A DNA stretch of 64,000 bases. It comes from Haliotis rufescens. Lineage: Eukaryota. Shown here one piece after another: positions 1 to 13,861 of this stretch. Position numbers and translations under genes: made by a program. The stretch lies in the NCBI RefSeq assembly GCF_023055435.1, contig NW_025963890.1, forward strand, positions 44,330,001-44,394,000, read 5' to 3'. Under the pieces are notes generated by a model that had not been told where the DNA came from, searched no databases, and saw nothing but the letters and a program-made list of their open reading frames with translations. Positions within the stretch are counted from its first letter, which is position 1, and every line of letters starts with the position of its first letter.

Positions 1-1600
1 GGTAAAGAATACGACATTTTTATGAAGTTTGATGGTAGGTATACAAAAAAACGTATGTACAAATTGATCCCAAGTACTGATTCCCTACATCCTATCTGAT
101 ATACACATATGTCCACCTTTTGAAGTATCATGTGAAATATGACAATGTGTCACAGAGATGCTTCCCACCTAGATTCGTTGATCTCTAACAGATATGCTAC
201 TTTGTCAGATCGTGTGTCACTTCAGCAGCAATATGGGGTCAGTGGATCACATCCAGTAGGTTAAACAGCTGCAAGGCTTATATAAATGAGCATCTGTCGT
301 TAATGATTTAGACTTAAACTGAAATGGGCGTTGATGATGTCAGATAATGTGTCCGTGTCGCAGTAGAACATGATTATCCAGTGCGACTGAAGACACACCA
401 GATGCCCCCAGTAGGTTGCCTGTCTCTCAGGTGTCTTGGAGGTGAAGAATGTTACACAATAACTGCCAGGACGATGTATGGCGGGACACCCGTATGAAGT
501 GCAATTCCGGAGGCTTTAGAGATGAGAAACAGAAGTTCTACAACATTCACTGGTTTACAGTAACGCAAACATTTACATTGACATTATGCTCATCACCATT
601 TTTATTGAACATAATAGAATAGCTTGAGAGAGCTGTGTTGCAAATCATGACGCTTTTACAAAAGCCTTCAAACACGAGATTACATGTGAGATATAAGAAG
701 GTCACACAAGCTGAGTGAGATCCAATTTGTGGACATGTGACCTCTTCAGAGAATATAATGGTAATGGCTGATGGATATATGGGAAGTCGCCTTATGTAGA
801 GGTTCCTGCTGGGAAGGAAGAATTGCTCTTTCATTGACAGAAGGTTTTATGACGCTGTGAAGTGCACTCTGTAGATGTAGGCAACCACGCGATGGTGTCG
901 TGTAATCAGGGATCATGATCGTCGTGTCTGGTGTTGAAGTGAAGTTTGATACTTGACACCCCAATCAAAGAACCACTCAGAATTAACTGAGATGACCACG
1001 GCGACACACTATGCCAGGCACATGCACAAACTACATTATGGGTATGTTAGCATTGTGGTTTCAGTCAAAATATCTGGTACCATAGTCCTCGTACTCCAAC
1101 GATTGTGATGATTTGGAAATGGATTATGTCACAAATAATACATTGTGTTATATCAGATGATTTCAAGTTTCTGATAATGAATAACATATGTGTGTCAGTT
1201 ACCAACACACAATGACTCATTGGCTCAGTTGTGCAGCTGATACAAATTTCTACTCATACAAAGCACATAGAGGACATGCCATATAATTCGGAATATCCCT
1301 GTCGAACAAATACAGTTATGCATGCTGAGATGAAAACGAGCTGGTCGTATTGATCGCTTTATGTGTTACTGTCACAGCTGTTTTAGGCAATAAGTTGAAG
1401 AGTAGCCAGTCATGTCTGGAGCCAGAGTACCGGGTGAAGACAGCAGGGATTATATTGACAGAGTGTTCGCGTACATGTGGCTCTGTATGCGTACTACCCT
1501 GTACTTTAGGTTTTCAGGTGTTCCCTGCTCCGATGACGGCTGAAGGATTTACCTCCTTTCGTCGTCAATCAGAACCAGGAGCACAACGTGTTTGGATTTT
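1..1600 (-). pseudogene. Decayed ankyrin-repeat gene fragment (inverted copy, runs off window start)
   Basis: Reverse-complement homolog of 16435-17775 and 25200-25625. The minus frame gives SVNERAILPSQQEPLHKATSHISISHYHYIL (ankyrin VN..PLHxA pattern), with many stops and frameshifts. Confidence 0.55.
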
Positions 1601-2720
1601 CTAGATAAGGGCTGGCTACCCCTGACTGAGTAACCCTTGACCCCTAACAGTTATTTAGTTAGTCAACACGTGGGGATTTCGGGTCAGAATTGGTCACAAC
1701 CTATGCTTGTCGGAGGAGTCGACTAATTGGACAGGGAGGTCGGGCTCGGTGACTTGGTTGATTGCATGTCATCATTATCCCATTTTCGTGGATCGATGCT
1801 CATAATGTCAGTGACGAGATTGTTGGATTCAGACTAGAATATTTACACTCCATCATCATCTTGCTGGCCTAATGCTGAATGCGGCGTTTAATAACAAACA
1901 AACATTTTTCGTATAATATATCTTTGGAAATATGTATATTTACATCGTTTCTATGGCGGATGAGTATCTTATGACAGTTGTCTATAATCCTGGATTACAT
2001 GACTCATAAGGCGGAGTAGAGCAGTTGGATAGGTGGCGGCACTTGGCAAGCTGTTTTTTTTAACCGAACGCCGACTCACGTGTGATAAAACATATGGTGT
2101 CTCCAGGTTGATTTGTTCAAAATTGGCCACGAACTAAACATGTATTTATTATGATCTTACGGCTGAAATAATGCCGATGCGACGTTAAATTCTAACTCAC
2201 TCACTCTTCTGCAAATTCATACATCTCCATGTCCATGGTGCATATATCCAGCGTATATTTAATGGCAAGTTCGCCTCCAATGCCAATTCCACACTTTCAA
2301 ACGTTTCGAACGTAATGACTAATGCCTGCTTTGGACGGAAAACAATCATGAACAAGGATGGGCCTGGTGTATTCATCCCCTACACGTCAATTCTGTTACA
2401 TCTGTAGCCTGTCAGAACCAACATGAGAACCAGTGATGCATTTTGTCTAAACCACTAAATACTGTTATTACATTACACATGAAATCGCAATAACAAGGCA
2501 AAAATATTCTTCGCTGCTTAATGATCTTTAAAATGGACAGGTTATAATTATATTATTTCTTGGAATGGTCTACTTTCCGACATGTCACATGATCCTAATT
2601 TATGATTTGCGCTTATTTAATAGTTGTGGGTATAACACACATCCTTTAATTGTACGTCATAGTAATGGAGTAATTCATGACTGAAATAGAATACTTATAA
2701 AAAATAACAGGTAAAATATC

Positions 2721-2723
<3 letters not shown>

Positions 2724-2787
<64 letters not shown>
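2724..2787 (+). repeat. (TG)n microsatellite
   Basis: Perfect TG run of ~32 units. Confidence 0.98.
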
Positions 2788-2789
<2 letters not shown>

Positions 2790-2929
2790 TCAGAAAGATA
2801 AAAAATATCTATCAATTGGGCGATTCCGACAATGTCATCAACATTTGTTTATGACTCACAATCAAATTGCGTAGGTATCAGTTGTTCGCGAAAAGGAGTT
2901 CGTATCCTGCCCCTACGGAGGCACCAAAC

Positions 2930-3215
2930 ACACACAAAGGCTAGTCAAGTGTTCAACTTTGCAAGCCTGGGAACCTATTGAACAAGTCAAAAGGATTGCA
3001 TCTGACATAATTTTGTTCTCTGATGCTTCAAATTTGGCAATGTCCTCCTCAATGTCTAATATCTATGTTTACAAATCCCAGGACAACCTTGTAGATTTAA
3101 CATTGGCTGTTTGAATAGATATAAGATTTCCAGTCCTGTACAAGATCATCTTTATGTCTGTACAGAAATCTAAGAACATATACTGTCCTGTGTTAGCTAG
3201 TTTTGACAGAGTATA
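2930..3215 (-). mobile_element. Possible ancient LINE ORF2 C-terminal fragment
   Basis: Broken frames give DDLVQDWKSYIYSNSQC*IYK and DIAKFEAS, resembling the QxW..I..SS.C..Y..KF.xS region at the end of many invertebrate LINE ORF2s. Confidence 0.3.
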
Positions 3216-3830
3216 TGAAATGATATGATGTGACATGACATGATGTGATATGATATGATATGAAGTGTTGTGGTGTGATATGATACATGATGAGATATGA
3301 TTGAATATATTATGTGTATTATAGAAATTGTGTAAATACTGTTTTTTAGTGTACATATTATATGGCTTGCGGTCTTCCAGTGTTGAATAAATATTGATTG
3401 ATTGATATGAAATAAATTGGCATGGAATAACATGGCATTATATGGTATGATAAGTGATATGATAAGATATGATGGGACAAGCTATGACATTGCTAATGTG
3501 TTGTGTGATATGACATGTTGAAATGTGATACAATATAGTTGTGATATATGGTACGATGGTATGTATAGTATGTTATATTAATGTTATATGAAATAATACT
3601 ATATAGTATGATCTTATAATAATGATACAATATGATATGATGTTATAGAATATGTTGTATGATATAACAAGTTGTGATGTGGTAATATAGAAATTATGAA
3701 ATTACAGGGTATGGTATTGTACTGTATGTGTGAAATTATGTGACTGCGTTGAAATGCGAGGTGGAATGACGTGAGGTGATCTGGTGAGATATGTACATAA
3801 ATTGTATAAAACTGTATATTCTTCAAATTG
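3212..3830 (+). repeat. Degenerate (ATATG/ATGTG)-type pentamer low-complexity tract
   Basis: TGATATGATATGATATGA-like 5-bp periodicity decaying over ~600 bp. Confidence 0.75.
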
Positions 3831-4066
3831 TACTATAGGCCTGTGGCCTCTTCAGTATGTGAAATAAAGATTAGAATAGACAGAGAAACATTCATCAAGT
3901 TAAGTATGAACTTGGAGTGAACGATGTAGCGTGTAATGCAGATTAAACGAGAGTATTAATATTCCACAGTGGTATATCAATAATTTTACCTACATGCTCA
4001 CCAGATCAGTTTACATATCATCTGCCATGCATGTTAAGTCTCAGCGTCATTATAGATAGACAAGAA

Positions 4067-4639
4067 TACTGTAAAACAGGAATTTAATGCGACATGAAAA
4101 TAATGCGAGCTCTTGATTCTAGACATAAATGCGCATTTTAAAAATGATCAGATCAGTGTATCAAATAAGGGGATTATGCTGATAGGATATTCTCAAATAA
4201 AACAACAAGATTTTCACTGCGGATTAGTGTCATGAAACCCATTCATGCGCGTTGGCTCGTGTCTGCTCTTGACAAGCTTGAAAAGGACACTGATTGGATA
4301 ATTCGTGGCTGGCGCCAATCTGGGCTGCATGACAGGATGTGAACTGACCACTACTCAACTTCACTCTGTGTAGGTGACTTTGTTATTTTGTCTAGTAATT
4401 TATTTGTCTATTACCTTTGTGACTGATTGTTGTCAGTGGCTGCTATCAACTTGTAATGATCTGATATCATTGTTTTTGATGTAATACTAGTAAATAATAC
4501 TAGAGTGATTTATTTCGTTTGTTGATTGTTTCCTTATTTTGATGGTACAAAATTAATGCGCATAAAATTAATACGACCTTCCGCCACTCGCATTTTCCGC
4601 ATTAATATTCTGCTCGCATTAATTTCCTGTTTTACAGTA
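4067..4639. mobile_element. MITE with TA-flanked TIRs (Tc1/mariner/pogo type)
   Basis: TACTGTAAAACAGGAATTTAATGCGA ... TCGCATTAATTTCCTGTTTTACAGTA. Confidence 0.8.
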
Positions 4640-6482
4640 CATGTCTATCGGGTAAAGTCAATATATTCATGTCCATTCAGATGATATTGTATACTATTCA
4701 TTGCATATATTTCCAGTCAGAATGTACTTCTGTACATGCATTCGCAATCATGTATAAAACTGGATACTTGCACTTATGTAAAGAGAGACACGGCCAGAGT
4801 GGCAGTCGACACACGGGACTAGGAACCCACGGTCACTCTCTTGGCCGACGCCTACCGTCCGTGTAATTAATACAATAATACTTATGTCTTATGTTCGGTC
4901 CTATATGGTCAGCCTGTGACCTTGTTAAGCCATTACTTCCTTAATTATACTTAGGACAAGTACGTGTCATACGTAACAGTATTTTTGCATAGTGTGAACA
5001 TATCACTTTTCAGTTATTCAAGGAAATATATTTCCTGGTTGTCAGCTCTGGCGACTGCATCTAGTTATATTTGACACGCCTCATGCGTCTCACTTGTGTA
5101 TACATTTATTACAGGATGAGGGGGGCTATTTTCAGGTACATGCAGTTGATATTGATTTATTAATTATGAGGTAGGTGGAGACTGATGGTACGTTTGAATT
5201 CTGCCTGCACCGGTCGCTCGCAAGACAAAAACTCTAACATGGCCGCCGCCGAAAACACACAGAAGATGATGATGAAGATGAAGAAGATGTTTATTTCTCA
5301 CACACACACACACGCACGCGCGCGCTGTTGGGGCAGTATTTCGTAAGGTACTTACAGAAATCACCACGCGTAGTTCTAGAGGAGATCTACTGACAGTGTG
5401 AAGAGTTGTGATAAAGGCCTTATATTTTTAGCTGGTTTACGATACAAGAACAAATAGCAAAGTTGCTATCACACCAACAGACCAACTTACGTTTACAATG
5501 CTAAATGTCCCCAAGGGGGGGGGGGGGGCGTGTCGATGGGTGTGAATGTGAGCGGTGTGTCAAGAATGTGAATGTTGTGTCGAGAATGAGTTGGGGGGGG
5601 GGGGAGAACGGGGGGGATGTACATGCCCCAAACATGCAACTCGTATCTGTCCTTAGTAAACAAAGCGAGATAGACTGTTATGAAGGTCCAGCATTGTCGT
5701 ACCATATCTTGGACAGCCATCAATTGCATTTATTAATCTTCCCACGGACATATAAATCTATCTTATTACAGGTTTTGTTGCTAAAAGCCACCAATGTATG
5801 CGTACCAGGGATAGCATATACCCCTATCCAAGGGAATATGAAGAACTGTCAACTCTTCCTTCCGACATGTTGTTTTTTGCGCGAAGGTCAAGGTGAAAGT
5901 TATTTCTGCGTCACGGTCAAGGTCGCAGCTACTAAACCCCAATCACGAGATCGGAGTTCATGTTGTTTTTTGTTTTGTTTGTTTGTTTGTTTAAAGCCGC
6001 ACTCACCAATATTCTAGCTATATGACGACGGTCTTTATATATTCGAGTCTGGACAAGACAATCCAGTGATGGACATCATGAGCATCGATCCACGCAATTG
6101 GGATACGATGACATGCATCAACCAAGTAAACAAGCCTGACCATCCGACCCCGTTAGTCGCCTCTTACCACAATGACTGGCTGCCTTTTGGTCACTTAGTT
6201 CAGCATTACCAAGGAATTTGGGATGAGGCTTAACGCTGGCAGTAGGATTATTTCCCCAAAACTTACATAAAACAAATTACAAATCAGAAAGCTGCAAAGT
6301 TAGAAACCAAATCGTTCTCTATCCTGTAGGGCACCGATGAGCAGCAGGTGCTGTTTGGCATTATTGTTTTCGATACTGCCGTAATAACAGTTGCTGCTAA
6401 TGCACGCTTGCGCGAAGCTCCATGTTCACTGAACATTCTTTAAGTAACATTACACACAGATTGTAAGGCACATGTTCCACAC

Positions 6483-6572
6483 ATCTATCTATCTATCTAT
6501 CTATCCATCCATCCATCCATCCATCCATCCATCCATCCATCCATCCATCTATCTATCTATCTATCTATCTAT
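6483..6572 (+). repeat. Compound (ATCT)n(ATCC)n(ATCT)n microsatellite
   Basis: Direct reading of the sequence. Confidence 0.97.
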
Positions 6573-8329
6573 GTGAACTCGCGGTCTTGTCTGTTCCATT
6601 ACGCCCTTGTGCTAAGACAGGGTACTAGTTCAAAGGACGTAATTTATACCAGTTTTCGTTCAATTTAATCTGTTAAAATAGCGGCTTTTTTTCAATATGA
6701 TAAGGCGTCACTGCACTGTTAAAATAGTAATGCGGCCTTTCAAATTTACAATCAGTTTATCATTTACCTGTACTTGAGAAACAAATGAACGAGAAATTAT
6801 TTCCACAGCGCCGTGACATCACTGACTTCCACTATGGTTTGGTTAACAAACGTTGTAACCTTTTCCTTTCTCTCAACTGTTATAGAGACTATACTGAACC
6901 TGTTCGCTTTTGATGATTCCTCTTCAAATGTGGTAATAAATTGAATATTGTACTCTCTTCAAATTTGTTAATAATGTATAATAAACTTGATGTTGAATTA
7001 AAGCTCGTGTAATAACCTATAACAACGGCTAAACGTAAAATGAAATATGTAGATTACATAACACTTTCAGAAATTCGAACTATTCTAAGCTGTCATTTTT
7101 AGAATACCTCAGATACATTTGGACGTACGGAATTGTCAAACTTTACTGGTTTGGAAATAAGTTTCCTAAGCAGTTGATGTTTTCCTCTCTTGGATTCTGC
7201 TTTGCTTATATAAGCGACACGTTAGCGGTTAAGACTTTCAAACATAACAATAATTTATAAGAAAGTGTTCTAAAAACTCTAATTGAAGTTTCCAATTTCA
7301 TCCAGAAACTGATTTGTAGTAAATCCCCTTTTTATGTGGCGTTTTGGAAAGATTGATATTTTTGTGAACTGCCAATAACAAAAAACACAAATCTGATTTC
7401 GTGAGCAAAATTGCAAACATTTTTCAAAAAGCTTTCTGCACGAACAATCAATAACGTTTTCTATCTTTTCTAAAAGATAAAAACGGTGATATGTAGTACA
7501 TTGTAAGCAATTTCTGATTCCATCGAAAACGCTTAAACATTTTTAGAATGCGTCTAAAGTAATAACTTAATTTGACACAAACCTCGTAAAACACACAATA
7601 ATTTATTTATAATATTTCGTCAGTGTTTCATCTCTTAAGAAAAGTCATAGATGATGCTAGTTTTCATCAAACTTCCAAGTGAAGCGATACAGCAGCAACA
7701 AGAGTACGATGTCCATACAGGTACAGGACAGCAAGGGCACACTTTTTTTACTTTTCTTACCGCAAATAATTCACATGGCAACGCACCAGTTGGTGTTGCT
7801 GTTGTATACTATCGATATGATTAATGTACCTCGGTTGAGGCTGACACACATGGCTCCATACCAGTCACAGTCGTTTGTCGTCTTCACCATCAACACTTTG
7901 TCTGTTATGCACGTCCATTTGTCTGCTGTTTGGGTGATATGTTTGTTGTTAACGGATATATCGCGATTCTATGTCTCTTGTGTATGCCTATACGTCCGAT
8001 GTGTATTGTCATGTCTGCTGTTTATGACGACCATATATATTTTATGCACGTTCATGACAATTGTTGTTTATGGCCATAAGTGTTTGTGCGCTGATTACCA
8101 GATGTAAGGCACGTCAAGGCCACAGGAACTATCAGAAAACAGACACTGGTAATGTGTAATTTCTATAGATGGTTATGACAGAATAACAACATAATTAATG
8201 AGGCAATTCATATAAAGCTTATATTGAATGTTAAGTGTATTTTACCCATGAAGAATCGCCAGTCATGTATCGTCACAGACAAGATGCTATTATTGATTAC
8301 ATAGGTGCTTCAATAGCCATAGCAGCAGT

Positions 8330-9050
8330 GTGGTCATCCTATATATGATTCTTAATGTTACACATAGTTCACTTCGCCTTATCCCCAACACCATCAACTG
8401 CCACGTCATTCTGATTTATTGCGCATGAGCAGGTTCGGGATTCGGAATCTCTCGAGGCCGTCACTCCATCATGTTAGGTTCTACTGCTATGGTGAACATG
8501 TGTAGCAATTAATCATTAGGATTATACAGGGGCCATTAAACCTCTGACATCTGACATCAAGTGTTAACCTATTACATCAAACCTTATCAGTCATAAACGT
8601 GAAAACTTAAAGTTATGAGGCAGAAATACATCTCTGCAATGGAGGAAAGATTGTACAGAGGATGCACGCGGTCCTCAATAATGTGGCACATCTTTAAGTC
8701 ACTCTAGAACATGCTGTCACACGACAATGAACAGATTCCATCTGTGGCCGGGCATGTCACACTACATGAGGCATTAACCCAGGAGGTCTTACGTGGAGCA
8801 GCGATGTCATTCATGATCCCAGTAGTATGGAATCGAAAGTTTTAATTTTTAAAAGGTCCAACGCCCAAGTCTCAGAGATGGTTATGTACCGAAGCACTGC
8901 AAAGCGATTATTCGAACACGACTATCAAAGATTCAGGACTTTATTGTATAGTTTTATTGTGCCAAACCCGGATGTGTTTGTTTAAATGCACTGATGCGAT
9001 CACTGTGTCAATGGATGTTCAAACGATTTTCGAATAACGATTTGAGTGTA
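8330..9050 (+). pseudogene. Probable decayed ankyrin-repeat fragment; inverted paralog at ~12010-13020
   Basis: Broken frames give VAINH*DYTGAIKPL, GRNTSLQW and AGHVTLHEAL (ankyrin-like). High similarity to the reverse complement of 12010-13020. Confidence 0.35.
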
Positions 9051-9130
9051 ATATGTGACACATAAAAGCATATGTTTTCTTTGGAAACATATTTAATAAC
9101 TTACGTTTGATTTTGATCTGTATTGATTTG

Positions 9131-9362
9131 TGACCGCTATAGTGGTAGAGCGTCTGCCCGGAGAGCGGAAGGCCAGTGTTTTGAACCCTGGCCGCGTCAT
9201 ACCAAAATAAGCTAAACGATGGATCTTGCTGTTATCCTGTCAGTAAACTGCGTCTGGGTAGGTATCCATGTCACACTGGGCATGATATCTCAGTGGGCTA
9301 GCACTATAACACAGACATTAGTCCGGACTGGTACAAGCGCACGCACGCACGCACGCACGCAC
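9131..9362 (+). mobile_element. V-SINE, internally deleted
   Basis: Head TAGTGGTAGAGCGTCTGCCCGGAGAGCGGAAGG, then CGTCATACCAAAA, ending in (GCAC)n. Confidence 0.7.
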
Positions 9363-9483
9363 GCGCTGTTGGGGCAGTATTACATGAGTTACTTACAGAA
9401 ATCACTACGCGAGGTTGGATGTGCTTTGTTTACAAAGGACATATACGAGTTGCATGTTTTGGGCATGTACACCCCACCCCCAA

Positions 9484-9593
9484 CTCATTCTCGACACACC
9501 ACTCACATTCTCGACACATCGCTCACAATCTCGACACACCGCTCACATTCTCGACACACCGCTCACATTCACGCTCACATTCACACACACCGC
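9484..9593 (+). repeat. 20-bp tandem repeat running into an assembly gap
   Basis: Unit TCTCGACACACCGCTCACAT, followed by N 9594-9733. Confidence 0.85.
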
Positions 9594-9733
9594 NNNNNNN
9601 NNNNNNNNNNNNNNNNNNNNNNNNNNNNNNNNNNNNNNNNNNNNNNNNNNNNNNNNNNNNNNNNNNNNNNNNNNNNNNNNNNNNNNNNNNNNNNNNNNNN
9701 NNNNNNNNNNNNNNNNNNNNNNNNNNNNNNNNN
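9594..9733. other. Assembly gap
   Basis: 140 N. Confidence 0.99.
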
Positions 9734-9899
9734 TTCTTGTAACGTAAGCAATAATAGACATGTTGGTCTGTTTGAGTGATAGCAACTTTGCTATTTGCTC
9801 TCGTATCGTAAACCAGCTAAAACTTTAAGGCCTTTATCACAACTCTTCACACTGTCAGTAGATCTCCTCTAGAGATCAGAAAGCCGTTGTTCCGTTGTC

Positions 9900-10930
9900 A
9901 CTGATACTTCCTGTATGTCGAATTTATGTCAAAATCGGTCCTTTAAGTTCTTGACATCGTCATCATCATTTACTTACTTAATCATAAATGAAAGACAAGA
10001 CTTTTAGACAGAATAGACAGGATAAAGAGGTAATGGAACGAAAATTAGAATAATGTCATATTATCAAACCAAATGGCTTTTAACATTACCGAACTATCTC
10101 GTCAACGCTTCAACTAGATTGATGTTTAAATGCGTTCCTTTGTTCTCCATTGCATAATTTCTGAAATGGACATTAAAACTTAATGTTATGAAGCACAATT
10201 GAAAGGTAGAATTAAATGCGTGCCCAAAGCATCTACCCTGCCATACGGGAGGTTTGATTGACAAATGTGTTTACATCCATATTTATAACTGCTCACTATG
10301 ATTAAAGTCCAAAACGAAAACATGTCACATTGTCTTGTTTCCAAAAATTGACGAACACAGTGCAGGATGTTCTCTTCCGTACTACTTGGCTGTATTGAAG
10401 CTTGTTTGTCCATAGTACACATTTGCACGGTTCTAAATATCTTTTCAATTCATATGTAAGGTTTCTCACTCAATTTGCCTGAAATAGAAAAATGTTGCCA
10501 TCCCAGCCAGGAAGGTCAAGAAGTTTCAGACACATTATGATCAAGCATTTTCTTGAACAAATTGGTTTGTTTGAACAACAAAGCAAACCTTTAGCCTATT
10601 GTATGTTATCAATGTATTGATGTTTTCACGTCTGAGCGAGCTCCTGTTTTCGAGAGGACGTGTTGATCAATTAGCCTCAGACTTGTAGATTAGACAATTT
10701 GTAACATGTTCAGTTTTGGGCAAGTGTTTCATATTTTCCAATGGATGATGTATCTGTATTGGGCATGGCTTGTTTAACATTCATATAAATATGACAACCT
10801 CTCTGAAACACACTAGACCAATTTATTAACCCGACGGTACCGCACCAATTATTTGTATTTTCTTTGTTAGCAACTTTAGTGGCGGATCCATTTAGCGATG
10901 TAGATGTGCCTTCACGGTAGCACTGTTTGA
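9900..10930 (-). pseudogene. Diverged paralog fragment of the ankyrin-gene family
   Basis: The reverse complement of 10540-10760 aligns to 35110-35320 (shared GCTTTGTTGTTCAAACAAACCAATTT). ORF 10186-10428 contains EENILHCVRQFLETRQCD (ankyrin NILH motif). Confidence 0.45.
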
Positions 10931-11479
10931 GAAGCTTTACATATCAGCCAGGCGACTATGCTTGTCGTAAGAGTCGACTATGCTTGTCGTAAGAGGCGAC
11001 TGACGGTATCGGGTGGTCAGACTCGCTGACTTGGTTGATGCAAGTCATCGTATCCCAATTACGTGGATTGTCTTGTCCAGACTCGATTATTTACAGACCA
11101 CCGTCATATATTGCTAAGTGCGGCGTTAAACAACAAACAAACATATCAGCCTCTCCTTCGCTTGTGTTCTTTTTGCGACTTGAATATCGTGTACGCTACC
11201 ACTTCTTCATACCCCTCAGTCCGCCTCTAAACTGCCATGAAGGAGACTTTTCTGAAAGCATCATTCAGGAAACCCTAGATGAATTACGTGTTGATAACAT
11301 TGACATGACCTGAATAAACAGTAGAAAATTCAATAACACAAGAAAACAAGTCATGGAACTTAATAAAACCCTAAACCCACGAATCTTGTAAACGTTTATG
11401 TGACACCAGGTTGGGAAAGAAGTAGCTGATCAAAATGCCACTATTTGCTTATTTTACACTGAGCAATGTCACGCAAAAA

Positions 11480-11975
11480 TAGGTGAGGTGAGGTAAAACA
11501 GTGTTTAATTGCCATTTATAGCAACCATATTGCACGTGCGTGCGTGCGTGCGTGCGTGCGTGCGTGTGCGTGCGTATGTTTGTATGTTTGTTTCTGCTTG
11601 TACTAGTCGGGACTAAAGCCGGTTGTATAGTCCTAGCCCATTGAGATATCATCTCTTGTTTAACATGGATACCTCACTCAGACACAGTATAGCATCTCCG
11701 AGACGACCAGTCCTTGTTTTATCAACTTAATGTCGAGCGCCAGGCAGGGTAACAACATGTTCCATCTTTTAACGTATTTGGGGCGGTCGGGTAGCCTAGT
11801 GGTTAAAGCGTTCGCTCGTCACGCCGAAGACCTTGGTTCGATTACCGACATGGGTACAATCTGTGAAGCTCATTTCTGGTGTCCCCCACCGTGATATTGC
11901 TGGAATATTGCTAAAAGCGGCGTAAAACAAAACTTACTCAGTTTAACGTATTTTGGTTTGACGAGCCGGGAATCT
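11480..11975 (-). mobile_element. V-SINE interrupted by a family-1 SINE
   Basis: Reverse similarity to 46320-46630 on both sides of 11780-11941. Confidence 0.7.
11780..11941 (+). mobile_element. tRNA-derived SINE family 1 nested in a V-SINE
   Basis: TAGCCTAGTGG A box, GGTTCGATT B box; TSD TTTAACGTATTT at 11768-11779 and 11942-11953. Confidence 0.85.
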
Positions 11976-12009
11976 TAACACTAAGTACACTGAAATAGCT
12001 ACTAATCTT

Positions 12010-13020
12010 TTGAACATCCCAAGCATCCAATACCTGGAGGTCAGTTAACTCTGTGATCACATCAGTGCATTTAAACACATACATCTGGATTTTGGCGCAA
12101 TAGAAAATATAAACTAAATCATTCAGGAATTTTTTGATAGTCGTGTTTGAATCCTTGCTTTACAGTGATGCTGTNNNNNNNNNNNNNNNNNNNNNNNNNN
12201 NNNNNNNNNNNNNNNNNNNNNNNNNNNNNNNNNNNNNNNNNNNNNNNNNNNNNNNNNNNNNNNNNNNNNNNNNNNNNNNNNNNNNNNNNNNNNNNNNNNN
12301 NNNNNNNNNNNNNNNNNNNNNNNNNNNNNNNNNNNNNNNNNNNNNCAGTGCATTTAAACAAATATCTGGATTTGGACGCAATAAAAACTACACAATAAAT
12401 CATTCCTGAATCATTGAATCATTAATAGTCGTGTTTGAATCCTTGATTTACAGAGCTGTACATGACCATAAATAAAATGCTGCCATCTTTGATACTTAGC
12501 CTAGGATCTTTCAAACTAAAACCTTCGATTCCATACTTCTTTTCACACGGAACATGAATGACATCCCTGCTCTATGTAAGACTTCCTGTGTTTATGCCTC
12601 ATATAGTGTGACAGAGGGAATCAACCAGTGACCATCGATGCGTCTTACTGGAAGTTAACATATTAACGTCAATATTCTGTTCACTGTCGTGTGACAGCAT
12701 GTTCTAGAGTGACTTAAAGATGTGCTACATAAAAGAGGATCGCTTGCATCCTCTGTACAATCTTTCCTCCACTGCAGAGATGTATTCCTGCCTCATAAAA
12801 TTAAGTTTTCACGTTTATGACTGATAAGGTTTGATGTAATAGGTTAACACTTGATATCAGATGTCAGCGGTTTAATGGCCCCTGTATAATCCTATGATTA
12901 ATTGCTATACATGTTCACTATAGCAGTAGAACCTAACATGATGGAATGACGGCCTCGAGAGATTCCGAATCCCGAACCTGCTCATGAGCAAAAAATCAGA
13001 ATGACAAGAGAGTTGATGGT
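12010..13020 (-). pseudogene. Inverted paralog of the 8330-9050 fragment (interrupted by N gap)
   Basis: Long reverse-complement identity, e.g. GGCCTCGAGAGATTCCGAATCCCGAACCTGCTCATG at 12951 versus ~8425-8460. Confidence 0.35.
12175..12345. other. Assembly gap
   Basis: 171 N. Confidence 0.99.
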
Positions 13021-13021
13021 C

Positions 13022-13296
13022 TCGGGTGGCCTAAGCGTCTAAGGCGCCGCGATTCGCTGTGCAGAGTTGCGTCCCTTGGGCACGCCAGAAACCTATGATT
13101 GTGGGTTCGAATCCCGGTTCGCCCCGATTATGTTTCTAGGTTTGTCAGCACCATACCTGTGCTCGTGGGTTTCACCGAAGTGGTAAACGTCTGAGACCTG
13201 CATCACTTCGGGCTTTCCACCCACATTAAGCTGACACGCCGCGATATAACTGGAATACTATTAAAAGCGGCGTAAAACCCAACTCACTCACTCACT
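13022..13296 (+). mobile_element. SINE family 2 (long tRNA-like head)
   Basis: GGTGGCC..GTCTAAGGCG...GTGGGTTCGAATCCC head; tail AAAAGCGGCGTAAAACCCAACTCACTCACT. Four near-full copies in the window. Confidence 0.85.
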
Positions 13297-13861
13297 ATAG
13301 GTTCAGGACAGCAGTGGAATGTCCAACACTTTTGTTAAGGATATCATACTGAAACAATGTTATAAATATATTAGTATGCGTTTTGCCAGGGCGGTGTCAA
13401 TTAAGTTGATACCGCAGACGTTTTTTTAAATGTTTAAATGTTTTTTTCTATGTAATCAGAAATTGCGACATATCGTTTTTATCTTTGAGAAATTATAGAA
13501 AACGTTATTGATTGTTCGTGTACAAAGCGTTTTAAAAAAATGTTTGCAATTTTGCACACGGAATCAGATTTGTGTTTTTGTTATAAGCTCTTCACAAAAA
13601 TATCAATCTTTCCAAAACGCCACATAAAAAGGGGATTTACGACAAATCAGTTTCTGGGCGAAATTGGAAACTTCAATTTGAGTTTCTAGAATAATTTCTT
13701 TAAGTTATTGTTATCTTTGAAAGTTTTCACAGCTAACGTGTCTCGAATAAATGCAAAGCAGAATCCAGTAGAGGAAAAAATCAACGAGCTCAGAAACTTC
13801 AAATAGAAATAAAAATATTTCGTATTTCTGAAAATCAGTCTTACGTAATCTACATATTTTA

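Noticed and set aside
5505-9785. ORFs 5505-6017, 7679-8107 and 9219-9779 as genes
   Set aside because: They are made of repeats, low-complexity sequence or N gaps and have no recognisable domains.
12062-12455. ~110-bp direct repeat flanking the N gap as a biological duplication
   Set aside because: It directly borders the gap and may reflect contig overlap or haplotypes; cannot be resolved from the sequence.
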